The notes under the pieces were generated by a model, which saw only the letters and a list, made by a program, of their open reading frames with translations, was not told the DNA's origin and did no database searches. DNA of 64,000 bases from an uncultured Desulfosarcina sp. (GTDB lineage: Bacteria > Desulfobacterota > Desulfobacteria > Desulfobacterales > Desulfosarcinaceae), in assembly GCA_963674945.2 (NCBI GenBank), contig CAXXWQ010000001.1, positions 192,001 through 256,000 on the forward strand, read 5' to 3'. Below are positions 11,477-21,363 of this stretch, piece by piece. The translations under genes and the position numbers were made by a program. The first letter of the stretch is position 1; each line of letters opens with the position of its first letter.

Positions 11477-13843
11477 CTACTGTCCGAAACCGCCGATTCC
11501 CAACAAGTTCACAAGGAAGGAAAACCTGGTGTCTTCTCCCTCCTTTTCGAGAAATAGATCGATGGACCAGCATTGGGCCGTATAAAGGAGGCCCACTCCC
11601 TTACTGATATCTTCCTTTTCCAAAAGATTTCTTTCGTATTCCCCGGTAAGGGCCAGGCGGTCGGTAACCATGACAAGAATTTGTGAATAGATGGATTCGG
11701 TGACCTCTTTCGTATAGCGATGCTCCACCAAAAAGCGGTCCCCCCGCCCATCGGCCGCCGTCGCATTTACGTTGTGACGGGTAAATCTCGCGTCGGACGG
11801 ATCGTACCGGCCGTCGGCCCCCAGGAGAAGATATCGCCCCAGGTTGACATCCAGTTCCCCATAGATCTCTGAAAAGGGCTCGGCCAGGCCCTTTTTTTCC
11901 CTGTTTTCCAACTCCTGGCTGTTGAAGTAGTAACTCTGCTCCAGGTAAAAGCGCAGGAAGCGGTTATAATCGAAGAGCGTCGGGATCGCGCTCTGGGTCG
12001 TCGACTCTTCCGACGGAAGAACGCCCAGCGGCAAAAGGCCCATTTTTGTCCCTGACTCCCGGTTCGATCCCATGGTTGCCTGGGCAGCCGCGTCGGCGGA
12101 TACGGAGGCTCCTTTCGATCGGGCCGTCAAGGTGTTGGTGAGTGCCCAGGTGATGCGATTTAGCCCTTCGATGCGGTCCAGTTGTGTGAATCTGGGCAGG
12201 TCCGACTGATCCTGGTCCGGGATGTATTCATAAATGAGTTGCGGTTTTATGCTGTGGCGCAACCGGTCCGCGGCAGAAACGGGAGAGGCCATCACCTTGG
12301 AAAACTCCGAGGAGAGATCGAGCCGGGCATCATAGATCTGACGAAAATGGGTGCGATCTTCCGTCTCGTCCTCCCATCTGTCCATGACCCAGGTGGTTTG
12401 TCGGAATCCCACCGACGGTTCGAGCGACAGGTAGTTTTCCCACCGCAGGGGCAGATAGGCCCGCGGGTAGAGGTCCGAACGATGTCCCCGACGATTGTTC
12501 CGATTTTCGTCCTGTCGATAAAAATAGGTGTACGCAACGTCCATGTCCCAGTAAATATTGCTGTCAAAGGCCTGCTGTTTCGCGGTACTGAAACCCAGGA
12601 CCGGCAGTCGCTGCAGGGTCATATCCTCTTGTTCCCACCGGCGGTTCGTCACGTTGTCGTTCCAAAGCAGATCGCCGTTGAAGGTGGCTTTCGACCAGGT
12701 CCGGTTGATGTTCAGCCGATTGGTGCGCGTGGATTCGTCGTAGGTGTCGATATCCCGTCCGAAGGTCGCCAGAAAGGCATCCCGGGTCTCATCGAAGCCG
12801 CTTCGTCCCTCCCTGAATTCGGTGAGGTAATCCTGGTCGCTGACGATGTCCAGATCGAGTTGGGCCGTCGCACCCAAGGGAAGTTCCTGGTCGATCTTCG
12901 CCCTTACCCAGTACCGGTCTGTGTTTGGACGGTCATAGCCATCTCCGGCGTATCCCCATGATTTCGTGTTTTCCGGTGTGCCGTCATCGATCTGTCGATC
13001 TTCGAAACCATCGGCCATGATCGTGCCGAATGCGTCTTCGGTGAGGGCGTAGCGATACTCGATGCCGAATTTGGTGCCGCGTTTTTCCATGTAGTGGGTG
13101 GTCAAGGTCGCATCGCTGCTGTCGTTGATGGCCCAAAACAGCGGCTGATCCCAAGAGATTCCCTTCCGGTCCGAATACCCCGCCTCGGGCAGGAGAAAGC
13201 CGGTTTGGCGCTTGGTTTTCGCCGGGAAAAAAAGATATGGGGTGTATAAGACCGGGACATCTTTCGCCTTGAACATGGCGTGGGTGGCGGTGCCGTATCC
13301 CTCGACGGTCACCGCCACGGTTCGGCCGGTGATGACCCAATCCGGCCGATCCCCGTCGCAGGTGGTGACGGCACCATTTTCCGCCCGATAGGTGTCCTTC
13401 CCCGTTTTTTCGATGCGTTCGCCGCGAATGAAGAAATGGTTCTGCTGTAAAAACAAGGTGCCATGGTGAACCACGCCGGTCTCACGGGTAAGGTCAAGTT
13501 TCAGCCGATCGCCGGTCAGGATATCTTTACCCACGGTCAACACTACATTCCCTTCGGCCGTAGCGGTCATGGCCCGATGGTTGAAATCGACGGTGTCGGC
13601 CACCATACGGGCCGCTTCTTTCTCGATGATTACATCCCCCCTGGCATGATAGGTGGATGATTCGGCATCGTAATCCACCGTGTCGGCGCTGATCTGCCAT
13701 GGGACACCGGGGGTGCCGGTGACCTGGTCGATGATGGACTGCGGATAGGCAATGGGCGGATGTGTCAGACAGCAGAGTATTCCGAGGAATAGGCAGAAGA
13801 ATTGAACCGATCGAAAGAAGGCAACGGGTAATGGTTTGCGCAT
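11477..13843 (-). CDS. lptD: LPS-assembly outer membrane protein LptD (start could be 13873)
   Basis: Signal peptide, OstA-like beta-jellyroll N-terminus (ISADTVDYD, TTCDG), RQTGFLLP motif and a beta-barrel ending in AQCWSI. Confidence 0.9.
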   Translation of the reverse strand: MRKPLPVAFFRSVQFFCLFLGILCCLTHPPIAYPQSIIDQVTGTPGVPWQISADTVDYDAESSTYHARGDVIIEKEAARMVADTVDFNHRAMTATAEGNVVLTVGKDILTGDRLKLDLTRETGVVHHGTLFLQQNHFFIRGERIEKTGKDTYRAENGAVTTCDGDRPDWVITGRTVAVTVEGYGTATHAMFKAKDVPVLYTPYLFFPAKTKRQTGFLLPEAGYSDRKGISWDQPLFWAINDSSDATLTTHYMEKRGTKFGIEYRYALTEDAFGTIMADGFEDRQIDDGTPENTKSWGYAGDGYDRPNTDRYWVRAKIDQELPLGATAQLDLDIVSDQDYLTEFREGRSGFDETRDAFLATFGRDIDTYDESTRTNRLNINRTWSKATFNGDLLWNDNVTNRRWEQEDMTLQRLPVLGFSTAKQQAFDSNIYWDMDVAYTYFYRQDENRNNRRGHRSDLYPRAYLPLRWENYLSLEPSVGFRQTTWVMDRWEDETEDRTHFRQIYDARLDLSSEFSKVMASPVSAADRLRHSIKPQLIYEYIPDQDQSDLPRFTQLDRIEGLNRITWALTNTLTARSKGASVSADAAAQATMGSNRESGTKMGLLPLGVLPSEESTTQSAIPTLFDYNRFLRFYLEQSYYFNSQELENREKKGLAEPFSEIYGELDVNLGRYLLLGADGRYDPSDARFTRHNVNATAADGRGDRFLVEHRYTKEVTESIYSQILVMVTDRLALTGEYERNLLEKEDISKGVGLLYTAQCWSIDLFLEKEGEDTRFSFLVNLLGIGGFGQ

Positions 13844-13929
13844 GTACGGCCGTATGCATCGATGGGAAATCAAAATACGGGAAACGGTGGCTTTCGTATG
13901 GGTGACGTTAGGGCGCGAAGGATAACCAC

Positions 13930-13958
13930 TTGCACATATATCAAAAATTCAATATAAA
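13930..13958 (+). promoter_or_regulatory. Putative sigma70 promoter for surE
   Basis: TTGCAC-N17-TATAAA in an AT-rich divergent intergenic region. Confidence 0.35.
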
Positions 13959-14031
13959 GCTATCTTGTTTGAAATTGCAATAATAGTTTTGACGGGTTCT
14001 CTCGTTACTGAGGTGACAAACGAAGGATGCC

Positions 14032-14799
14032 ATGCGGGTATTGTTGACAAATGACGATGGAGTCTTCGCACCGGGATTGCGGGCGCTGTATGGCGCCTAC
14101 CGTGAAGATCACCAAGTGATTGTGGTGGCGCCGGATCGCGAGCGTAGCGCCATCGGGCACGCGATTACCCTGCACCAGCCACTTCGCTACGAGAAGACGC
14201 GTCTGGATTCGGACCTGACGGCCTTTGCGGTCAATGGTACGCCGGCCGACTGTGTGAAACTGGCGTTGGCAGAGATTCTTTCGGATCCACCCGATCTGGT
14301 CGTTTCCGGCGTAAACCCTGGTGCCAACGTGGGCATCAACATCAACTATTCGGGAACCGTGGCCGCCGCCAAGGAAGCCACCCTTGCCGGCATCCCCGCC
14401 CTTGCCGTATCCGTCACCGCCCCGGGTGGCAGGAATATGGATGGTGCAGCCAGATTCGCCGAATCCTTTTCCCGGCAGATGATGGAAAAGCCGTTTCCCA
14501 AAGGGACGTTTCTCAATGTCAACCTCCCCGACCTGCCGGCCGAAGAGATTCGCGGCATTCGTTGGTGCCGGCAGGGAAATGGCATGATCGCCCAGCAATT
14601 CGAAAAGAGGTGGGACCCGCGGAATCGGATCTATTACTGGCAGGGGGTCGACGACCAGCACGCCTATGACCAGCCGGACATCGACTGCGCCGCATTGGGC
14701 GACCAGTTTGTCACCATCACGCCCATCAAATGTGACATGACCGACTACGATACCTTGCAGGAGTTGGCCCAGTGGGAAATTTCCCTTCCCACTTCCTGA
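14032..14799 (+). CDS. surE: 5'/3'-nucleotidase SurE
   Basis: LLTNDDG, VAPDRERS, GTPADCV and SGVNPGANVG..YSGTVAAA. Confidence 0.96.
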   Translation: MRVLLTNDDGVFAPGLRALYGAYREDHQVIVVAPDRERSAIGHAITLHQPLRYEKTRLDSDLTAFAVNGTPADCVKLALAEILSDPPDLVVSGVNPGANVGININYSGTVAAAKEATLAGIPALAVSVTAPGGRNMDGAARFAESFSRQMMEKPFPKGTFLNVNLPDLPAEEIRGIRWCRQGNGMIAQQFEKRWDPRNRIYYWQGVDDQHAYDQPDIDCAALGDQFVTITPIKCDMTDYDTLQELAQWEISLPTS

Positions 14800-14876
14800 C
14801 GACCTCTTTTTTGTCGAGTAAACTTGGTCCTCTGGGCCAGGTCAAAAAATAAATGGCTCTGGTGAATGCTTGTTAC

Positions 14877-15011
14877 AAGAATCCAGGAGTCAGAATTCAT
14901 ACGAGAATCCAGAATCAGGCATTCGCCTTCGGCTCGATCCATCTTATTCTATCGATGGCGCGACGCGACTTCAAATTCGTTCTGGCTCCTGTATTCTGGC
15001 TCCTGGATTCT
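14877..15011. repeat. Intergenic palindromic repeat, family B copy 2
   Basis: AAGAATCCAGGAGTCAGAAT...GCCTTCGGC...TTCTGGCTCCTGTATTCTGGCTCCTGGATTCT; same orientation as the 11291 copy. Confidence 0.85.
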
Positions 15012-15104
15012 ACAGTTTCGAGCGATTATGGCATCCCCTTATAAGGGAGCTTACAGCCGGGATCTCTGAAACCGGATTTTTATTTCATTGCAACGGTGGA
15101 CCCG

Positions 15105-16058
15105 ATGACCAAGCGTTTTGTCTGTGAACTCGAGGCCGGCAGTGCCATCGACGATCTCTTTGTATTGGCTGAACGAAACATGGCCCACAAAAAAGATGGG
15201 AATCCTTTTTTGAATGTGACCCTGGCGGATCGTACCGGCCAGGTGAAAGGGGTCGTATGGGACCAGGTGGAGCGCATCAGTGAGGCGGCCAGTGAAGGCG
15301 ATTTCGTCCATGTCCGCGCCCAGATCGGAGAATACCGCGGGGCGTTGCAGCTGGTGGTCAAGGATATGGCCAGGGTTCCTGCGGATCAGGTAGATCCTGC
15401 GGATTTTCTTGCCACCACCGCCCGCGATATTTCCAAAATGGCGGACCGGCTCAAGGAGATGACCGATGGCATGCAGGCGCCCCACTTAAAAGCCCTCTTC
15501 GATGCCTTTTGGGGAGACGATGCGCTGGTGACATCCTTTTGCCGGGCCCCGGCGGCCAAGCATATGCACCATGCCTACATCGGCGGATTGCTCGAACATA
15601 CCCTCTCCATGGCTGTATTGGCGATCTCCATCGCCGGACATTACAGCGGCGTGGATCGGGATTTGCTCCTCGCCGGTGTGATCTTCCATGATCTGGGAAA
15701 GGTTCGGGAATTGGCATATGCCAACCGGATCGATTATACGGACGAGGGCCGCCTGCTCAGCCACATCGTTATCGGACTTTCCATTCTGGATGAGAAAATC
15801 CGGCAGATTCCCGATTTCCCCGAGACCCAGGCCAACCTGCTCAAACACATGGTCGTCAGTCATCACGGTTCACAGGAATTCGGTTCTCCCGAACCACCCA
15901 AGACCATCGAGGCGGTTCTGCTCAACTATATCGATGAGATTGATTCCAGGGTCAACAGCATCCGAGAGTACGTGGCCAAGGATCCGTCCGAAGGCACGTG
16001 GACGCCTTACCATCGGCTGTTGGAACGTCATTTTTATAAAGGTGAACAGAGCGATTAG
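15105..16058 (+). CDS. yhaM: 3'-5' exoribonuclease YhaM/Cbf1 family (OB fold plus HD domain)
   Basis: N-terminal OB fold (LADRTGQVKGVVW), APAAKHMHHAYIGGLLEHT, FHDLGK, EGRLLSHI and SHHG. Confidence 0.88.
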   Translation: MTKRFVCELEAGSAIDDLFVLAERNMAHKKDGNPFLNVTLADRTGQVKGVVWDQVERISEAASEGDFVHVRAQIGEYRGALQLVVKDMARVPADQVDPADFLATTARDISKMADRLKEMTDGMQAPHLKALFDAFWGDDALVTSFCRAPAAKHMHHAYIGGLLEHTLSMAVLAISIAGHYSGVDRDLLLAGVIFHDLGKVRELAYANRIDYTDEGRLLSHIVIGLSILDEKIRQIPDFPETQANLLKHMVVSHHGSQEFGSPEPPKTIEAVLLNYIDEIDSRVNSIREYVAKDPSEGTWTPYHRLLERHFYKGEQSD

Positions 16059-16101
16059 CCGTTCGCTGTCGGCAATTGGCAGCATAACTTCAAAGGAAAC
16101 C

Positions 16102-16764
16102 ATGTTTATTACCCTGGAAGGCATCGAAGGTGCAGGCAAGACCACCCAGATCGAGAACATTGCCCGATGGCTGAAGGCCGCTGGTCACGATTTTCTGATC
16201 ACCCGGGAACCCGGTGGAACGCCCATCGGTGGGCAGATCCGTTCGATTCTCCTGCATCCGGAGAATCGGGACCTGGCACCCACGGCAGAACTGTTGCTCT
16301 ACATGGCGGACCGGGTCCAACACCTGGAAACCGTCATCCGTCCGGCACTGACCTCGGAAAAGGTGGTGGTTTGCGACCGTTATTTCGATGCAACGATGGT
16401 ATATCAGGGATACGCCAGGGGCCTGGATAAAGAGATGATCCGTCGGCTGCACCAGTTTACATGCGGCGGCTTTACGCCTTCACTCACCATTTTGTTGGAC
16501 CTGGACCCAGCGGCCGGTCTTTGCCGGGCATGGAAACGGATCGATACCGATGCCGACCATGCCAAAGAATCCCGATTCGAAGAGGAGAAAATGGCGTTCC
16601 ATCATCGTGTTCGGGACGGCTATCTGGATCTTGCCCGCCGGGAACCGGATCGTTTTGTCATCGTCGATGCCGCCGTCGATCCAGGTACCGTGCGCCGGCG
16701 AATCGAAACCGTGCTTTCTGAACGATTATCCCACAAAAAAATGAATCTTTCCCATGAGCCATAG
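16102..16764 (+). CDS. tmk: Thymidylate kinase
   Basis: MFITLEGIEGAGKTTQ, TREPGGT and CDRYFDATMVYQG; AAGGA RBS before ATG 16102. Confidence 0.95.
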   Translation: MFITLEGIEGAGKTTQIENIARWLKAAGHDFLITREPGGTPIGGQIRSILLHPENRDLAPTAELLLYMADRVQHLETVIRPALTSEKVVVCDRYFDATMVYQGYARGLDKEMIRRLHQFTCGGFTPSLTILLDLDPAAGLCRAWKRIDTDADHAKESRFEEEKMAFHHRVRDGYLDLARREPDRFVIVDAAVDPGTVRRRIETVLSERLSHKKMNLSHEP

Positions 16765-19036
16765 CATTTTAGATCACATCGGCAATACCCCGTTGGTGGA
16801 GATTCGGCGGCTGAATCCCAATCCCAATGTTCGGGTGCTCGCAAAACTCGAGTATCTCAATCCCGGTGGCTCCATCAAGGACCGGCCGGCCCTTTCCATG
16901 ATCGAGGCCGGCGAGCGGTCCGGGGAACTTACGGCGGGAAAGACGGTGATCGAGGCCACCAGTGGAAACACGGGCATCGGTCTGGCCATGGTATGTTCCG
17001 TCAAGGGATACCGACTGCTTCTCGCCATGAGTGAGGCGGTCAGTGTGGAGCGGCAGAAGATCCTTCGGGCACGGGGCGCCGAGATTTTGCTGACGCCGGG
17101 TCATCTGGGGACCGACGGCGCCATCGAGGAGGTGTATCGGCTGGCCCGGGAAAATCCCGAGATCTATTTCATGACCGACCAGTACAACAATCCCGCCAAC
17201 TGGCAGGCCCATTACAACGGCACGGCAACGGAGCTGTGGAAACAGACGGACGGGGCAATGACCCACATGGTGGCGACCATGGGCACATCGGGGACCTTGA
17301 TGGGACTGTCCCGGAGACTGCACGAGTTCAATCCCGACATCCGGATCATCGGCGTGGAGCCCTATCTGGGCCACCGTCTCCAGGGACTGAAGAACATGCG
17401 GGAGGCCTACCAGCCGGAAATCTTCGAAAAACAGCTTCTCGACGAAAAGATCAACATCGAGGATGAGCCCGCATTCGAGATGACCCGTCGTCTGGCCAGA
17501 GAGGAGGGCCTCATGGTGGGCATGAGCAGCGGGGCCGCCATGGTCGTGGCCGCCCGACTGGCCGGGACCCTGGACAGCGGAACCGTGGTGGTGGTTTTCC
17601 CCGACGGGGGAGAACGCTATCTTTCCACATCGTTATTTTCCGTTCAGGAGAAGATCGATCTTTCCATCTTCAATACGATGACTCGAAAAAAGGAGCATTT
17701 CGAACCGATCACTCCCGGCAAGGTCTCCATTTACGCATGCGGTCCCACGGCCCATGCCCGGATGCACGTGGGGGAAGGGCGGCGTTTCGTTTTTGCCGAC
17801 CTTCTGGCACGGTACTTCACTTTTCGGGGCTTTGCGGTCAAGCAGGTGATGAACATCACCGACCAGGACGACAAGACCATCGAAGGTTCCCATCGAGCCG
17901 GCATGTCCCTGGAAGATTTTACTTCCATGCACATCGAGTCCTTTTACCGGGATCTTGCTACGCTGGGCATAAAGCCGGCGGATCATTATCCCAAAGCCAG
18001 CGAGCACACCGACGATATGGTGAAGCTGGCCAGCCAACTGGTTAACAAGGGATATGCCTACGAGAAGCTGCACTCCATCTATTTCGACATCTCCCGATAC
18101 AAGGAGTACGGACGATTGTCCGGGATCGATCTCGACAAGATCCGCATCGGCGCCACCGTGGATCTGGAAGAGTACGAAAAGGACAACCCCCGTGACTTTA
18201 CCCTGCTCAAACGGACCCGATTGTCGGAACTCAAACGGGGGATCTACACGAAAACCGACTGGGGCAACATGCGTCCCTCCTGGCATCTTCAATGTGCGAC
18301 CATGTCCATGCACCACCTGGGGGCGTACTACGATATTCACTGTGCCGGAAGGGAACTGGTCTTTCCCCACCATGAAAACGAAATTGCCATTGCCGGTGCG
18401 CTTACCGGAAAGACCCTGGCAAAATACTGGGTCCATTGTGACCGTGTGCTGGTGGATGGAAAGAAGGTGGATGAAGGGGAACCGCTCACCATTCAGGCGG
18501 TGTTGGACATGGGGTATTCGGGGCGCGAGATCCGGTTCTGGCTTTTATCGGTGAACTATCGAAAGCCGGTTCTCTTTTCCCGGGCACGCCTTACGCGTGT
18601 GAGAAAGACTTTGAAACGCCTGGATGCCTGTGTTCACGCCCTCAAACATGTCCGTCATGGAAATGCATGCCCGGATATCGATCAGCTGTGCTACGATATC
18701 AAAAACGGCTTTACGACCGCCATGGACGACGACCTGAACATTTCCGCGGCCATGGCCGCGATGTTCTCCGCCGTCAAACGGATCAATACGCTTATTTTAC
18801 ATGGTGACATCGACACCGACGGCGCCGGAAAAATTCTGGAGACGCTGGCCGGGATCAACCGTGTGCTCAATATCTTCGATTTCGAGGACGAAGCCGAAAA
18901 CCCCACCGTGCAGCAGTTGATCGAGCAGCGCATCCAGGCCCGAAAGGCCAAGGACTGGACATTGGCAGACCGTCTTCGGGCGCGTATCGAAGAGATGGGC
19001 GTGGTCGTGCGGGATGATAAGATCAATGATGCATGA
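16754..19036 (+). CDS. Fusion of a PLP-dependent cysteine synthase (CysK/CysM) and a cysteinyl-tRNA synthetase-like domain
   Basis: N-terminal half: IGNTPLV, NPGGSIKDR, EATSGNTG, GMSSGAA, PDGGERYLST. C-terminal half: YACGPT, NITDQDDK, DFTLLK, WHLQC, FPHHENE, MDDDLN and the anticodon-binding helix ARKAKDW..ADRLR. Confidence 0.92.
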   Translation: MSHSILDHIGNTPLVEIRRLNPNPNVRVLAKLEYLNPGGSIKDRPALSMIEAGERSGELTAGKTVIEATSGNTGIGLAMVCSVKGYRLLLAMSEAVSVERQKILRARGAEILLTPGHLGTDGAIEEVYRLARENPEIYFMTDQYNNPANWQAHYNGTATELWKQTDGAMTHMVATMGTSGTLMGLSRRLHEFNPDIRIIGVEPYLGHRLQGLKNMREAYQPEIFEKQLLDEKINIEDEPAFEMTRRLAREEGLMVGMSSGAAMVVAARLAGTLDSGTVVVVFPDGGERYLSTSLFSVQEKIDLSIFNTMTRKKEHFEPITPGKVSIYACGPTAHARMHVGEGRRFVFADLLARYFTFRGFAVKQVMNITDQDDKTIEGSHRAGMSLEDFTSMHIESFYRDLATLGIKPADHYPKASEHTDDMVKLASQLVNKGYAYEKLHSIYFDISRYKEYGRLSGIDLDKIRIGATVDLEEYEKDNPRDFTLLKRTRLSELKRGIYTKTDWGNMRPSWHLQCATMSMHHLGAYYDIHCAGRELVFPHHENEIAIAGALTGKTLAKYWVHCDRVLVDGKKVDEGEPLTIQAVLDMGYSGREIRFWLLSVNYRKPVLFSRARLTRVRKTLKRLDACVHALKHVRHGNACPDIDQLCYDIKNGFTTAMDDDLNISAAMAAMFSAVKRINTLILHGDIDTDGAGKILETLAGINRVLNIFDFEDEAENPTVQQLIEQRIQARKAKDWTLADRLRARIEEMGVVVRDDKINDA

Positions 19037-19083
19037 TGTTTTTATTCAGATCGAAAATCTGGTTCTCTATATCCGAATTTCCA

Positions 19084-19206
19084 GCGGCTTCGTAAAAAGT
19101 TCGAGATCAAGGATTACGAGCCCCGAGGAATGAGGCGTATACAGAAATACGTCGCAATGACGAGGGGCGAAGCGTAACGAAGATATCGGGCTTTTTACGA
19201 AGCCGC
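19084..19206. repeat. Palindromic intergenic element, family A copy 1
   Basis: Perfect 16-bp terminal inverted repeat GCGGCTTCGTAAAAAG / CTTTTTACGAAGCCGC; core shared with the 45102 and 57897 copies. Confidence 0.9.
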
Positions 19207-19227
19207 CATCCATTGGAGAGAAGTAAG

Positions 19228-20214
19228 ATGAACGTAGCCTACATGCCCTTTACCCATATATCCGAATCCATTGCCCGGCGATTGTATGCCCTCGTCGGGC
19301 CCGTGGCGGTTTACCAGCCGATAAAAAGCAGGATTCCCGAAGCCCTGCCGGCCATGGCTGACGCGGGGCTCGTAGAGATACGAACGCCTGTCCCCCATGA
19401 CGAAGAGCGGCTGACCGCCGCGTTGCGGGAGTTTTTCAACTGGGCGCAGATGAATCCGGCATCTTCATCGGCCGGAGTCGGTTATTTCGGTGCGCGGCAG
19501 GGAACGGTTCCTTTTTTTGACGAAACCGTCATCAACCGGATCCGCACCGATATCCAGCATTATGGCGAATCCGATGGCCGTTCCGACGACCCCGATGCCC
19601 TCTTTCGTGCCCGGCTGTTTTTGGCCCTCGCCCAGGATAACGACATGACCGTCCATAGCCTCCAAAGGGACCTGGGAGAGTTCAGGGCCATGGAGCAGGC
19701 GTTCATCGAAAGCCTCGAAGACACCGACGAAACATCTTTTCGTCGGGGAATGGTGAAAAGCGGCGTGTGGGAGGAGGATGCCGGCGCCAGACACACCTTG
19801 CAGCGGCTTCGCTACTGGGGCACGCTGGCCGCCGTCGATTCGCCGCACATGATGGTGACCACCAGTCCGGCGGCAGTCGATGCCCTTTTGGAGCACCTGG
19901 GCGAGACCACCGGTTTGAAAAAATGGCATCAATGCGAGATTCCACTGCCAGAAGCGGATTCTCCTCCCGCATTGATGCCATATCTAAACGATCTGGCTGC
20001 CGCAACTTCCCCGGAAACGGCCGAACCATCCGAATTGGAGAGATGCATCGATAAGACGACCTCCGGCCCGGTCGCTCCCATGACCCTCTACCTTGCAGCC
20101 AATTGTACACCCGGTCAATTTATTGGGCAAATGATCGAAATATCGCCCCGGGAAGAAGAATGCCAGGGGACGGGACCTTGGCGGCATACCCTGATTCTTT
20201 TGGTTGCCAAGTAA
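19228..20214 (+). CDS. Hypothetical protein
   Basis: 328-aa ORF with a GGAGAG RBS that fills the gap between the fusion gene and ferredoxin; no recognised motif. Confidence 0.75.
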   Translation: MNVAYMPFTHISESIARRLYALVGPVAVYQPIKSRIPEALPAMADAGLVEIRTPVPHDEERLTAALREFFNWAQMNPASSSAGVGYFGARQGTVPFFDETVINRIRTDIQHYGESDGRSDDPDALFRARLFLALAQDNDMTVHSLQRDLGEFRAMEQAFIESLEDTDETSFRRGMVKSGVWEEDAGARHTLQRLRYWGTLAAVDSPHMMVTTSPAAVDALLEHLGETTGLKKWHQCEIPLPEADSPPALMPYLNDLAAATSPETAEPSELERCIDKTTSGPVAPMTLYLAANCTPGQFIGQMIEISPREEECQGTGPWRHTLILLVAK

Positions 20215-20396
20215 AGAAAAATTCCTTCAAATGCCCAACTGACGTGGGATTGCGGTCTGGTCTGGTGATCGTTGAAAAAAACGGTTTCAACGCTTGACTG
20301 GGTGTTTCATTTGGTATAAGGCCTTTTCATGTTGATGACTTTAAATGTTGATAATTGGATCAGCATGAATAAACTTATTGAAAGGAGATCAAAGAG

Positions 20397-20585
20397 ATGG
20401 CTTTTAACCCGATCGTAGATGAGTCCAAATGCGTTGGCTGCGAAGAGTGCGTCGATGTTTGTCCCGTTGAAGTATTCGAAATGCAAGACGAAAAATCCGT
20501 TCCGGTCAACGCGGAAGAGTGTCTCGGTTGTGAGAGCTGCGTCGAAGTTTGTGAAGAAGGCGCCATCACCGTCGAAGAGACCTAA
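20397..20585 (+). CDS. 2[4Fe-4S] ferredoxin
   Basis: Two CxxCxxCxxxC motifs (CVGCEECVDVCP, CLGCESCVEVCE); AAGGAG RBS. Confidence 0.95.
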   Translation: MAFNPIVDESKCVGCEECVDVCPVEVFEMQDEKSVPVNAEECLGCESCVEVCEEGAITVEET

Positions 20586-20610
20586 TTTTCTCGATTCCGA
20601 ATTGATTTTC

Positions 20611-20651
20611 AAACCCCCATCGGCATATTGTGCTGACGGGGGTTTTCTTTT
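20611..20651 (+). terminator. Rho-independent terminator of the ferredoxin gene
   Basis: Stem AAACCCCCATCGGCA / TGCTGACGGGGGTTTT followed by a T-rich tail. Confidence 0.75.
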
Positions 20652-20712
20652 GCCTGTACCGGGCGTTTCAAATTTTCTCGAACAAATCACCTTTTGACGG
20701 GAGGGGCGGATC

Positions 20713-21225
20713 ATGTATCATTATCAAATTGTCGATACTTCCTTTGGATTTGCCGCCGTGGTCTTTGGTGTCGATCCTTTTCGTCTCGTCGAAGTCAGAC
20801 TGCCCCGAACCGACGTCCAATCCCTTCATCACGCCTTCGATGAACGGTCGTGGCAGATGTCTCCCCATCACGATCTGGCAAATGAGATCGCTTCCCTTCT
20901 GGCCAACTATTTTGAGGGGCAACCAATCCATATTCCCTGGTCGGTGATGGATCTTTCCCGCTTTACCCCGGCCCAGCAGGAGGTGTATCGGGCGGTGGCA
21001 ACAATCCCCTATGGCCGGACCGCATCCTACAGCCAGGTGGCCCGCATGGCCAACCTCCCCCGTGCCGCACGCTTCGTGGGGACGACCATGGCGAAAAACG
21101 CCTATCCGGTTTTCATTCCCTGCCATCGTGTGATCCGAAGCGACGGTTCGGTCGGCAAGTTTGGCGGCGGATCGGAGCTGAAGGAGAAGATGCTCGCCCT
21201 GGAGGGGTGGGAGGGAAAAGGGTAA
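20713..21225 (+). CDS. ogt: Methylated-DNA--protein-cysteine methyltransferase
   Basis: IPYGRTASY, AARFVG and the active-site IPCHRVI motif. Confidence 0.93.
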   Translation: MYHYQIVDTSFGFAAVVFGVDPFRLVEVRLPRTDVQSLHHAFDERSWQMSPHHDLANEIASLLANYFEGQPIHIPWSVMDLSRFTPAQQEVYRAVATIPYGRTASYSQVARMANLPRAARFVGTTMAKNAYPVFIPCHRVIRSDGSVGKFGGGSELKEKMLALEGWEGKG

Positions 21226-21363
21226 GGCGGCCCCAAACGTGCCGACTATGAACTTTATGCCCGCCCGAATTTACCCATCGCCGTCATTGAAGTGAAGCGC
21301 AATATGTTCAAGATAGACCATGGTATGCAGCAGGCTTTGGCCTATGCGGAGATGCTGGATGCC
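21226..21363 (+). pseudogene. Fragment of a type I restriction enzyme R subunit (EcoAI-like HsdR N-terminal nuclease region)
   Basis: Hand translation PKRADYELYARPNLPIAVIEVKRNMFKIDHGMQQALAYAEMLD matches the HsdR pattern RADY..P.AVIEAK..G.QQA..YA..LD. There is no start codon or rest of the gene. Confidence 0.7.

Noticed and set aside
15688..16101. N-terminal extension of tmk in the ORF track (358 aa)
   Set aside because: It overlaps yhaM in another frame; the real start is ATG 16102, which has an RBS and the MFITLEG motif.
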